Shown piece by piece: positions 25,270 through 34,018 of a DNA stretch of 35,619 nucleotides. Location of the stretch: the NCBI GenBank assembly GCA_038279365.1, contig JAYODI010000003.1:2404-38022 (forward strand), read 5' to 3'. This stretch comes from Candidatus Latescibacterota bacterium. Lineage in GTDB: Bacteria > Latescibacterota > UBA2968. The position numbers and the translations under genes were made by a program. Position 1 is the stretch's first letter; each line of letters begins with the position of its first letter. Below the pieces are notes generated by a model. It was not told where the DNA came from and made no database searches. It saw only the letters and a list, made by a program, of their open reading frames with translations.

Positions 25270-27054
25270 ATGGTTGGCAAGCAGGCAATTCTTCAATTTC
25301 AAACGGTTTATCGGTCGCTTTGGCAGTGGCGTATAAAGGTGACGTCATTTTTTGATGCACGCGATTTTAATGGCACGTCATTTATGTTGTTGTTATCCGT
25401 TTTGATTGGTTTGGGTGGCAGCTTGGGGGCCGTTGGTTTTCGTGAACTCATCGAATTTTTTCGCGCTTTATTTCTTGTAGATGCGGTTGCGTGGTTGGGG
25501 TCTCCTTATACATTGCCACTTTGTACAGGTTTTGGTGCATTCTTGGTTGGGTTTATTGTGTTGCGGTGGGCACCTGAGGCGCGTGGGCATGGGGTGCCTG
25601 AGGTGATGGCTGCTGTTGCGACCAAAGGTGGACGCATTCGCCCTCGGGTGGTGGTGGTGAAGGCACTGGCTTCGGCATTGTGTATTGGCTCTGGAGGCGC
25701 GGTGGGGCGCGAAGGGCCTATTGTGCAGATTGGTTCGGCCTGGGGGTCGAGCTTGGGGCAAATGTTTCGGATGTCGGAGGAGCAGCTCAAAGTGTTGGTT
25801 GGGTGTGGTGCTGCTGCGAGTATTTCGGCCACATTTAATGCGCCATTGGCAGGGGCATTGTTTGCGCTTGAGGTGATTTTGGGCGATTTCACGGTTGTGA
25901 CCTTTAGCCCCATTATTCTTTCGTCTGTACTGGCCAATGCGTTTACGCGGTATATAGAAGGGGCAGAGACCGCCTTTGTTGTGCCCGAATATCAGTTGGT
26001 GAGTATCTATGAGTTGTTTTTATATGCGGGTTTGGCGGCTGTGTCTGCTGGGGTGTCTGTTGGTTTTGTGCGTTTGCTTTATGGTGCTGAAGACTTGTTT
26101 GACAATTGGGCTATATCGGTTTATGTCAAGCCTGTGATTGGGGGGATCTTTATTGGTTGTATTGGGCTTTTTTTACCGCAAGTGATGGGGGTGGGGTATG
26201 ATGTGATGACCGATGTGTTACATGATCGTGCGGATATGACATTGGTTGTGATGCTTCTTTTGGTAAAGATTTTGGCAACTTCTATCACTTTGGGGTCGGG
26301 CGGGTCGGGCGGTGTGTTTGCACCGTCGCTGTTCATTGGTGCGATGCTGGGGAGCACTTATGGATATGGCGTTCATACACTTTTGCCTGACCTGACCGCC
26401 CACCCTGGTGCATATGCATTGGTGGGGATGGCTGCCGTGGTGGCCGGCACGACGCATGCACCGCTTACGGCAATGTTGATCTTGTTTGAAATGACGGATA
26501 ATTATTCGATTATGTTGCCATTGATGTTGGCAACTGTATTAAGCACCCTTATTGCAAAACGACTTTATATAGAGTCGATCTATACGCTTAAACTTTCAAG
26601 GCGTGGTTTGCATTTGAATAAGGGTGTGGATGTGTCTGTGCTTGATTCGATTCGGGTGAGTGAGGTGATGGAGACGCAATATGACTTTTTAAAGTCTCAA
26701 ACCTCTTTGGGTGAGATGGTGTCTTTGCTCAAAAACAGTGGGTTGACAGATTTTCCGGTCATTGATGATGAGGGCAATTTAAAAGGTGTGGTCTCTTTTC
26801 AGGATATTCGAGAAGTCATTACGGAGTTTGACCTTTACCCTGTGTTGATTGCGGCAGATGCCATTGGCGAAGATGTCCCTTCTGTGCGTGTAGATGCCTC
26901 ACTAACAGACGCATTGGCTACGTTTTCAAAATATGATGTGCACAACTTGCCTGTTGTGAACGGTGTGCAAAATCAGAAGCTTGTAGGTGTGATTACACGG
27001 CATGATTTAATGCGGTATTATCATAAAAAAATTCAGGATAAGATTGCGTCATGA
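25270..27054 (+). CDS. ClC-family chloride/proton antiporter with C-terminal CBS pair
   Basis: GHGVPE, GREGP (gating Glu), FNAPLAG..FALE (proton Glu), GGVFAP, SIY, two CBS repeats. Start moved to ATG 25270. Confidence 0.94.
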   Translation: MVGKQAILQFQTVYRSLWQWRIKVTSFFDARDFNGTSFMLLLSVLIGLGGSLGAVGFRELIEFFRALFLVDAVAWLGSPYTLPLCTGFGAFLVGFIVLRWAPEARGHGVPEVMAAVATKGGRIRPRVVVVKALASALCIGSGGAVGREGPIVQIGSAWGSSLGQMFRMSEEQLKVLVGCGAAASISATFNAPLAGALFALEVILGDFTVVTFSPIILSSVLANAFTRYIEGAETAFVVPEYQLVSIYELFLYAGLAAVSAGVSVGFVRLLYGAEDLFDNWAISVYVKPVIGGIFIGCIGLFLPQVMGVGYDVMTDVLHDRADMTLVVMLLLVKILATSITLGSGGSGGVFAPSLFIGAMLGSTYGYGVHTLLPDLTAHPGAYALVGMAAVVAGTTHAPLTAMLILFEMTDNYSIMLPLMLATVLSTLIAKRLYIESIYTLKLSRRGLHLNKGVDVSVLDSIRVSEVMETQYDFLKSQTSLGEMVSLLKNSGLTDFPVIDDEGNLKGVVSFQDIREVITEFDLYPVLIAADAIGEDVPSVRVDASLTDALATFSKYDVHNLPVVNGVQNQKLVGVITRHDLMRYYHKKIQDKIAS

Positions 27055-27491
27055 ATCCTCTGTTTGTTGTGCATCAATATGTTGTAAGCGGCTTGGAGAC
27101 GGTTGTGAAGAATGTTTGGAAGCAGTTTTGGGCGTTTGTGAGCCAATTTTTTGCGTGGTATACTCAGGGTGCTCAGAGAGGTCTTTATGATATTGGATTT
27201 CCTGAGGATTATGGCCTGGGCATTGACAAACGTTGGCGTGAATTGTTAGGATTTTGGGTGGTGCGTAATCACGAAGGGATTTGTGTGATGATGGAAGGTG
27301 AAAGAGACCCATGGGTGTGGCCTTTGGTGCGGGTGGGAGTTGTGCGCGATGAAACAGGGCGCATGTGGGTTGATTTGGGAAAACGGTTTTATTATGAAAA
27401 AGACGAATGGCAAAATGTGGAAGCGTTCCTATTTTTGAATGAAAAACATACGGCTGAAAAATGGGTTCGTTCAATAGAAGAACGTGATTAA
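27051..27491 (+). CDS. Hypothetical protein translationally coupled to ClC
   Basis: ATGA overlap with the ClC stop; 146 aa, Trp-rich; followed by a terminator. Confidence 0.6.
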   Translation: MNPLFVVHQYVVSGLETVVKNVWKQFWAFVSQFFAWYTQGAQRGLYDIGFPEDYGLGIDKRWRELLGFWVVRNHEGICVMMEGERDPWVWPLVRVGVVRDETGRMWVDLGKRFYYEKDEWQNVEAFLFLNEKHTAEKWVRSIEERD

Positions 27492-27523
27492 GTTGTTTTG
27501 TATTGGGTTGTTCAAATTTTCTG

Positions 27524-27553
27524 AAATGCCTCGGTTTATACCGGGGCATTTTT
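27524..27553. terminator. Rho-independent terminator between convergent genes
   Basis: aaatgcctcggt-ttat-accggggcattttt hairpin with T-tract. Confidence 0.8.
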
Positions 27554-27570
27554 GTATGTAAGAGACATTT

Positions 27571-28611
27571 TTAGCCAAAGAGTGTTGAGACATCAAATTC
27601 GGCAAGGCCAATGCCATTGAGGGGGTTGGGAGCGGGTTGGTCTGGATAGCGCAGTTGTTGGTCATGTACGGTGGCGCGACCATTATAATAGGCCAAGGCT
27701 TTGTTTTGCCAGATAACAGGGGGAGAAACAGCTGTGATGAGACCACAATCGAATTGACCAGGTTTGCCCAGAGGAATGATGGGGTGGCGGTTGTTGGCGC
27801 GTTGCCAAGACCAGCCATTGGTGCTGGTGACGAGTTGTACATCCATGGTTTGATTGTTTGTGTGGTGGCAGTTGAGAAAACCGCCAAACCCCTTGGATGT
27901 GTGAAATGGAGAAAGCCAGTAAAATTGTATGTCGGGTGGATCTTGGGCATCGGGTTCAAGAATGACAATGGGCCCCACCCACCCTCCGTCGGTGACGTGG
28001 GGGGCAAATGTGGCGCTGGACCAAAGGGATATTTGGCGGTGAATGCCTTTGAGGTTGTCGCGCTCGGTGGGCAAATTGGGGTTGTATTTCCAAGTTTGTT
28101 GATAGATAAGATAACGTCCGTTTCGCACTGGGTTTTCGATGTGTGTGTGGACATTGATCATTGACATGGCGTCATTGGCATTGCGTATGACGGGTTGGTT
28201 GGGCATGGAAGTCCAGGTGAATCCATCATGGCTTGTGGCAAGGCATATGCCTGATGGCACATGGGGTGTGGGGCGATCCCAGTAGATCATTTTCCAGTGT
28301 TGCGCTGGATTGGGATCGTTGGGGTCAAAAAGGATGCGCGTGGGCATAAATTGGCCCCAACCGGTGTCGTGTCCAGACGCTTGCATAACGATGTTTGTGC
28401 CATGCCCCAAATTGGGTTTTTCCCAGTGATATCCATCGGATGAATAGGCCACGCAGAGAAGATTTTGGGTGGGATGGTCTTTGACGCGAATGAAGTAATA
28501 CAGGCGTAGGCGATCTGCTGATGGATCGGGCAAGACGGTGACGGAGATGAGCATGTTGCCCAATTCCCAAGGCTTTTCAGGTGTGATAACGGGGTAATCG
28601 TGTTTTTTCAT
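27571..28611 (-). CDS. Beta-propeller glycoside-hydrolase-like hypothetical protein (GH32/GH130-like fold, inferred)
   Basis: PVITPEKPWE, Asp-box-like AYSSDGYHW / ATSHDGFTW / STNGWSW, LGKPGQFD, YYNG, IGLA. Confidence 0.65.
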   Translation of the reverse strand: MKKHDYPVITPEKPWELGNMLISVTVLPDPSADRLRLYYFIRVKDHPTQNLLCVAYSSDGYHWEKPNLGHGTNIVMQASGHDTGWGQFMPTRILFDPNDPNPAQHWKMIYWDRPTPHVPSGICLATSHDGFTWTSMPNQPVIRNANDAMSMINVHTHIENPVRNGRYLIYQQTWKYNPNLPTERDNLKGIHRQISLWSSATFAPHVTDGGWVGPIVILEPDAQDPPDIQFYWLSPFHTSKGFGGFLNCHHTNNQTMDVQLVTSTNGWSWQRANNRHPIIPLGKPGQFDCGLITAVSPPVIWQNKALAYYNGRATVHDQQLRYPDQPAPNPLNGIGLAEFDVSTLFG

Positions 28612-28781
28612 GAGGGTATATTCCGTGATTTGGGTGTGAACTTGGATAGGGATGCCTCAATGTATGTCTATTTATAAATAAGCGCACTTGTTTTTGAATA
28701 TATAATCGTTGATGGTGCATTTGACGATGCTGGGAGATTTTGGCGACTTATTTTTTGCCAGCAATTTTGCGGGCGTGGTTG

Positions 28782-29525
28782 TTAGATTGCGGCGACGTCG
28801 CCGGCCCAAACTTCGGCGACTTTTCCTGTTGGAGATTTGAGTAAGAGTTGGCCGTGAGGGCCGAATCCTTCGAGAATGCCGGTTTGGATGTTTTTGCCTT
28901 CGCCCACGCGAATGTGTTCGCCAATGTACGCACAGCGATCTGTCCAGTCGGTTTGGATACTGTCAAAACCACCATGTTCCCATTTGTTGAGCCACGGCGG
29001 GAGGGTCGTGAGGATTTGGGTGAGGACATTTTTGACATCGTATTCGCGGCCTGTTTCAATGTGCATGGAGGTGGCCGGTCGGTCGATGTGGGCGGCGGCT
29101 TGGCCGGTCATGTTAACGTTGAGGCCGATGCCTACGACTACGGGTGTGCCATTGGGGTGTTTGGCGTCGCTGCGTTCGAGCAACATACCTGAGAGTTTGG
29201 CCCCATCAATGAGGATGTCGTTGGGCCATTTGACTTGGGTGGTGATGTTGAAGGTTTTCATGGCATCGCAGATGCCAAGGGCAATGGCCATGGGGAGGGA
29301 GGCCAGTTGGGTGCCGCTGGCTTTGGTGGTGTACAAAAAGGAGAATGTGAGATTTTGCCCGGCTTCGGCGAGCCAACGGCGGTTGTATCGACCACGGCCT
29401 GCGGTTTGTGTGTGTGCCGCAATGACAGAGCCTGTTGGAATATTTTGGCCCGAGGAGAGGCGTTCTAAGAGGGTGGAGTTGGTGGAGGGCAGGCGGTCGT
29501 GCCATTCGGGTTGGTGGAATTTCAT
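28782..29525 (-). CDS. birA: Biotin--[acetyl-CoA carboxylase] ligase, group I (no HTH)
   Basis: STN, QTAGRGR..RRW, KWPND, KLSGML, GIGLNVN, SH3-like C-terminus. Start moved to ATG 29525 (AAAGGA RBS). Confidence 0.95.
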   Translation of the reverse strand: MKFHQPEWHDRLPSTNSTLLERLSSGQNIPTGSVIAAHTQTAGRGRYNRRWLAEAGQNLTFSFLYTTKASGTQLASLPMAIALGICDAMKTFNITTQVKWPNDILIDGAKLSGMLLERSDAKHPNGTPVVVGIGLNVNMTGQAAAHIDRPATSMHIETGREYDVKNVLTQILTTLPPWLNKWEHGGFDSIQTDWTDRCAYIGEHIRVGEGKNIQTGILEGFGPHGQLLLKSPTGKVAEVWAGDVAAI

Positions 29526-29617
29526 ACCGTATCCTTTTATTTTGATATTTTTGATTGTGCAACCTTTCAAATATATAATCGTTTAACCCTAACGTGTCGT
29601 AAATTCATATTTTATGC

Positions 29618-29647
29618 TTGACCTACCCCTGTGTGCTCCGCTATTAT
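29618..29647 (+). promoter_or_regulatory. Putative sigma70-type promoter for the yej operon
   Basis: TTGACC-18 bp-TATTAT upstream of yejA. Confidence 0.4.
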
Positions 29648-29777
29648 TCTCTGCGTCTGATGTGTTCAGGAATCTGTTTTTTCTTTCGTATGGTCTTAAT
29701 TGGTGACATCATTTTTCGTCTATCACATATCGTTTGAGGTGATGGATGGCCAACCTCTTTTTGTTTGGAGATTGCTT

Positions 29778-31607
29778 ATGAAGGCTTTGAGCTTGTGTTT
29801 TGCAATGGTATTGGCTTGTGCATCGGGGGTGTTTGCCGATCAGCCGACGCACAAAAGTTATGCCATTTCGATGTTTGGCGATGTAAAATATGGTTCTGAT
29901 TTTAAACATTTTGATTATGCCAACCCCAATGCACCCAAAGGCGGCACGGTGAAGATGGCATCGCCATTTGGCACCTATGACAACCTAAATCAGTTTGTGC
30001 TTAAAGGGGTATCGGCTTTTGGTTTGGGGTTGATGTATGATGCATTGATGGCTCAGGCACTGGATGAGCCATTTACAGAATATGGGTTGTTGGCTGAATC
30101 AATTGAAACGCCAGAAGATCGTTCGTGGGCCATATTTAGCTTGCGTAAGGAAGCCCGTTGGCACGATGGTAAACCCGTGACACCCGAAGATGTGATCTTT
30201 ACATTTGATGTGATTAAGACCAAGGGACATCCTTTTTATAAGAATTATTTTGCAGATGTTGAAACGGTTGAAAAGGTGGGAGATCGACAAGTCAAGTTTA
30301 CGTTTGGTGGAGAAGACAACCGTGAATTGCCGTTGATTGTTGGGCAAATGTCTATTTTACCCAAACACTATTGGGAAGGCAAAGATTTTGAGGCCACCAC
30401 TTTAGAGCCTCCTTTGGGCAACGGTCCTTACAAAATTACGGCAGTTGATGCGGGTCGTTCTTTGACCTATGAACGTGTCAAAGATTATTGGGGCGAAAAA
30501 TTGCCTGTAAATGTGGGACAAAACAACCCCGATGTGATCCGATATGATTATTACAAAGATGCCAATGTGGCCATTGAGGCCTTAAAGGGTGGTGAGTTCG
30601 ATTTTCGGGTGGAGAATATTTCTAAAGAATGGGCCACGGCCTATGATGATCATCCTGCATTTAAAGCAGGTAAGTTGGTTAAAGACCTGGTAGATCATGA
30701 AAATGGTACTGGGATGCAAGGGTTTGGGTTTAATACACGGCGCACCAAGTTTGCAGACCCCAAAGTGCGTGAAGCTTTGGCTTTTGCTTTTGATTTTGAG
30801 TGGACAAATGCCAACTTGTTTTATGGCCAGTATGAACGCACCAAAAGCTATTATTCCAATACCGAACTGGGATCCTCTGGGATGTTGGGTGGGGATGTGT
30901 TGGCGGTGCTTGAACCCTACCGAGGACGTGTGCCAGAAGAAGTGTTTACCAAGGTTTACGATCCACCAGCAACGGATGGTTCTGGCAACATTCGGCAAAA
31001 TTTGCGTATTGCAAAGCAGATGTTGGAAAAAGCCGGGTGGGTGATTCAAGATGGCAAGTTGACAAATAAACAAACGGGCGAAGTGATGACCATTGAGTTT
31101 TTGTTGCGCTCTCCTTCCTTTGAACGTGTTGTGGGCCCCTATGTACAAAACTTAGAGCGTTTGGGCATTGTGAGTGCCATTCGCACTGTTGATTCGGCAC
31201 AGTATCAAAATCGGCTCCAAGAGTTTGATTTTGATGTGACGGTGGTTAATTGGGGGCAGTCGATTAGCCCCGGCAATGAGCAACGCGATATATGGACATC
31301 GGAAGCGGCAGAAACACCCGGCTCGCGCAATTATGCAGGTATTAAAGACCCTGTGGTGGATGAGTTGGTGAATAAGCTGATTAATTCACCCGACCGCAAG
31401 CGTTTGGTGACACATACACAAGCATTGGATCGGGTGTTGTTGTGGGGGCATTATGTGGTGCCACACTGGCATATTCGCAGCCATCGCTTGGTGTATTGGA
31501 ATAAGTTTGGCAAGCCCGATGTGTCACCCAAATATATGCCATCTCCGTTTACTTTGTTTCCCGCTACATGGTGGGTGGATGCAGAAAAGGCTGCAAATTT
31601 GCGTTAA
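29778..31607 (+). CDS. yejA: Peptide ABC transporter substrate-binding protein, YejA-like
   Basis: Start moved to ATG 29778 (GGAG RBS; signal peptide). FKHFDYANPNAPKGG, ARWHDGKPVT, AFDFEWTN, SPGNEQ, ALDRVLLWGHYVVP. Confidence 0.9.
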   Translation: MKALSLCFAMVLACASGVFADQPTHKSYAISMFGDVKYGSDFKHFDYANPNAPKGGTVKMASPFGTYDNLNQFVLKGVSAFGLGLMYDALMAQALDEPFTEYGLLAESIETPEDRSWAIFSLRKEARWHDGKPVTPEDVIFTFDVIKTKGHPFYKNYFADVETVEKVGDRQVKFTFGGEDNRELPLIVGQMSILPKHYWEGKDFEATTLEPPLGNGPYKITAVDAGRSLTYERVKDYWGEKLPVNVGQNNPDVIRYDYYKDANVAIEALKGGEFDFRVENISKEWATAYDDHPAFKAGKLVKDLVDHENGTGMQGFGFNTRRTKFADPKVREALAFAFDFEWTNANLFYGQYERTKSYYSNTELGSSGMLGGDVLAVLEPYRGRVPEEVFTKVYDPPATDGSGNIRQNLRIAKQMLEKAGWVIQDGKLTNKQTGEVMTIEFLLRSPSFERVVGPYVQNLERLGIVSAIRTVDSAQYQNRLQEFDFDVTVVNWGQSISPGNEQRDIWTSEAAETPGSRNYAGIKDPVVDELVNKLINSPDRKRLVTHTQALDRVLLWGHYVVPHWHIRSHRLVYWNKFGKPDVSPKYMPSPFTLFPATWWVDAEKAANLR

Positions 31608-31626
31608 ATAAGCAGGGCGGTTTGAT

Positions 31627-31692
31627 AGCGATAGGTGATTTGCACCGGGTTTGAGCTCTTAGGGTTTGACTGCGTGTGGATCATCTGTCGCT
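31627..31692 (+). other. Intergenic RNA stem-loop between yejA and yejB
   Basis: 31627-31645 pairs with 31674-31692 over 19 bp; the five non-Watson-Crick positions are all G-U on the + strand. Confidence 0.6.
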
Positions 31693-31753
31693 TGATGTTT
31701 TTTAAATTGATATTTTGTGTTTAATGTGTGAATCATTTTTCGAGTTGGTTTTT

Positions 31754-32863
31754 ATGCTTGCTTATATTGTTCGCCGCATTTTACTGATGTTTCCCACGCT
31801 GTTGGGTGTGATGCTGATTAATTTTGTGATTATTCAGTTTGTACCTGGTGGGCCTATAGAGCAGATGATTGCCACCATTCAAGGTGGTGATGGCAGTGCC
31901 ACAGGGCGCATCAGTGGTGGGGGGGGAGAAATAGCAGGTGGGGGCAGTACGCGAGGCAGTTCGGGGGGCGGAAACAGCAGTGCTTATCGGGGTGCACAAG
32001 GGCTTGACCCTGGTTTGATTGCGGAGTTGGAAAAGGCCTATGGGTTTGATAAACCCGCTCACGAGCGGTTTTTGAAAATGATTTGGGATTATGTGCAGTT
32101 TGATTTTGGCGAGAGTTTTTACCGCGATCAAACGGTGTTTGATATTGTGTTGTCCAAAATGCCGGTGTCGATTTCGTTGGGGTTGTGGACCACGCTTTTG
32201 GTGTATTTGATTTCCATACCATTGGGCATAGCCAAAGCCGTGCGCGATGGCTCTAAGATGGATGTGTGGACATCGGGTGTGATTGTGATTGGCAATGCGG
32301 TACCTGGGTTTATGTTTGCGATTTTTTTGATTGTGCTTTTTGCTGGTGGCAGTTATCTCAATTGGTTTCCTTTGCGGGGGCTGACATCGCCCGATTGGGA
32401 GCAGATGGGCATTTTTGCCAAGGTGATTGATTATTTTTGGCATTTGGTTTTGCCTGTAACGGCCATGGTCATTGGTGGGTTTGCTGGATTGACCTTGTTA
32501 ACAAAAAATTCATTTTTAGATGAGATCAACAAGCAATATGTTTTAACGGCGCGTTCAAAGGGGCTTGAAGAACGGCGTGTGTTGTATGGGCATGTGTTTC
32601 GCAATGCGATGTTGATTGTGATTGCAGGGTTTCCCAGTGCGTTTGTGAATATTTTGTTTACGGGTTCGCTGTTGATTGAGGTGATTTTTTCACTGGATGG
32701 TTTGGGGTTGTTGGGGTTTGAGTCGGTGGTAAACCGCGATTATCCAGTGATGTTGGCCACGTTGTATTTTTTTACGCTGTTGGGGTTGGTGATGCAATTG
32801 GTGAGCGATATTACGTATATGTTGGTAGATCCTCGCATTGATTTTGAAAGCCGAGAAGTTTAG
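31754..32863 (+). CDS. yejB: Peptide ABC transporter permease YejB
   Basis: [49 protein letters not shown]. Confidence 0.93.
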   Translation: MLAYIVRRILLMFPTLLGVMLINFVIIQFVPGGPIEQMIATIQGGDGSATGRISGGGGEIAGGGSTRGSSGGGNSSAYRGAQGLDPGLIAELEKAYGFDKPAHERFLKMIWDYVQFDFGESFYRDQTVFDIVLSKMPVSISLGLWTTLLVYLISIPLGIAKAVRDGSKMDVWTSGVIVIGNAVPGFMFAIFLIVLFAGGSYLNWFPLRGLTSPDWEQMGIFAKVIDYFWHLVLPVTAMVIGGFAGLTLLTKNSFLDEINKQYVLTARSKGLEERRVLYGHVFRNAMLIVIAGFPSAFVNILFTGSLLIEVIFSLDGLGLLGFESVVNRDYPVMLATLYFFTLLGLVMQLVSDITYMLVDPRIDFESREV

Positions 32864-32890
32864 AAACCCATTCATCATTTTTAATTATCT

Positions 32891-34018
32891 ATGTCTGCTA
32901 TTGAAACAAAAAAAACAGAGCCGCGTTTTGCGTCGATATTGGTGCCAGAGATCGAAGATCGGTTTTTGGGGGTGCGCATATCCAAACTCACGCGCAGGCG
33001 CTTGGAAAATTTTAAGGCCAATCGACGGGGATATTGGAGTTTGTGGATTTTCTTGGCGCTGTTTGGGCTGAGTTTGCCCGCAGAATTTATTGCCAATGAT
33101 CGTCCGTTGGTGGTGAGCTATAAGGGATCGTTGTATTTCCCAATTTTAAAAGTGTATCCCGAAACAGTGTTTGGAGGAGACTTTGAAACCGAAGCAGAGT
33201 ATCGCGATGCATTTGTGAAAGAGATGATTGAAAAAGATGGGTGGATTCTTTGGCCCTTGATACCGTATCGTTTTGATACGGTGAATTACGATTCAAAGGA
33301 GCCAGCACCTGCGCGCCCCTCTTGGGACAATTGGTTGGGAACAGATGATCAGGCGCGAGATGTGGTGTCGCGGTTGCTGTATGGATTTCGGTTGTCGGTG
33401 ATTTTTGCATTGGTGTTGACGTTGTTTAGTTCGTTGGTGGGGGTGGCCGCAGGGGCGGTGCAGGGGTATTTTGGTGGGTGGGTCGATTTGATTTTTCAGC
33501 GATTTATAGAGATTTGGGCAGGGCTTCCCACATTGTTTATTCTCATTATTCTTTCCAGTGTGATTTATCCCACATTTTGGACGTTGTTGCTTATTATGAT
33601 GTGCTTTAGTTGGATGCGTTTGGTGGGTGTGGTGCGTGCCGAATTTCTAAGGGCGCGCAATTTTGATTTTGTGCGTGCAGCACGTGCCTTGGGCGTAAAT
33701 GATGTGACCATTATGTGGCGGCATGTGTTGCCCAATGCGATGGTGGCCACGTTGACGTATTTGCCATTTGTGTTGGTGGGTGCTGTTACGGTGTTGACGT
33801 CACTCGATTTTTTAGGGTTTGGCATGCCACCGCCTGCGCCATCTTTGGGTGAGTTGCTCAATCAGGGCAAGCGCAATTTGCAAGCGCCATGGTTGGGGCT
33901 GTCGGGCTTTTTTGTATTGGCGGTTTTGATGTCTTTGTTGGTATTTGTGGGCGAAGCTGTTCGAGATGCATTTGATGTACGCAAGACATTGTCGCAAACA
34001 GAGGGTGGTGAGGCGTGA
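32891..34018 (+). CDS. yejE: Peptide ABC transporter permease YejE
   Basis: FKANRRGYWS, AEFIANDRP, LGTDDQARDV, RAEFLRAR, SLGELL..GK.NLQAPW. Confidence 0.93.
   Translation: MSAIETKKTEPRFASILVPEIEDRFLGVRISKLTRRRLENFKANRRGYWSLWIFLALFGLSLPAEFIANDRPLVVSYKGSLYFPILKVYPETVFGGDFETEAEYRDAFVKEMIEKDGWILWPLIPYRFDTVNYDSKEPAPARPSWDNWLGTDDQARDVVSRLLYGFRLSVIFALVLTLFSSLVGVAAGAVQGYFGGWVDLIFQRFIEIWAGLPTLFILIILSSVIYPTFWTLLLIMMCFSWMRLVGVVRAEFLRARNFDFVRAARALGVNDVTIMWRHVLPNAMVATLTYLPFVLVGAVTVLTSLDFLGFGMPPPAPSLGELLNQGKRNLQAPWLGLSGFFVLAVLMSLLVFVGEAVRDAFDVRKTLSQTEGGEA

Noticed and set aside
27571-28611. Possible truncated pseudogene lacking a C-terminal domain
   Set aside because: The ORF is intact and ends just before a terminator; I see no frameshifted continuation.
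28782-29525. BirA as a biotin-operon repressor
   Set aside because: No N-terminal HTH, so ligase only.
31880-31980. G-rich, Gly/Ser-rich stretch in yejB as a second artefact
   Set aside because: Codons are varied, and a Gly-rich periplasmic loop at this position is normal for YejB proteins.
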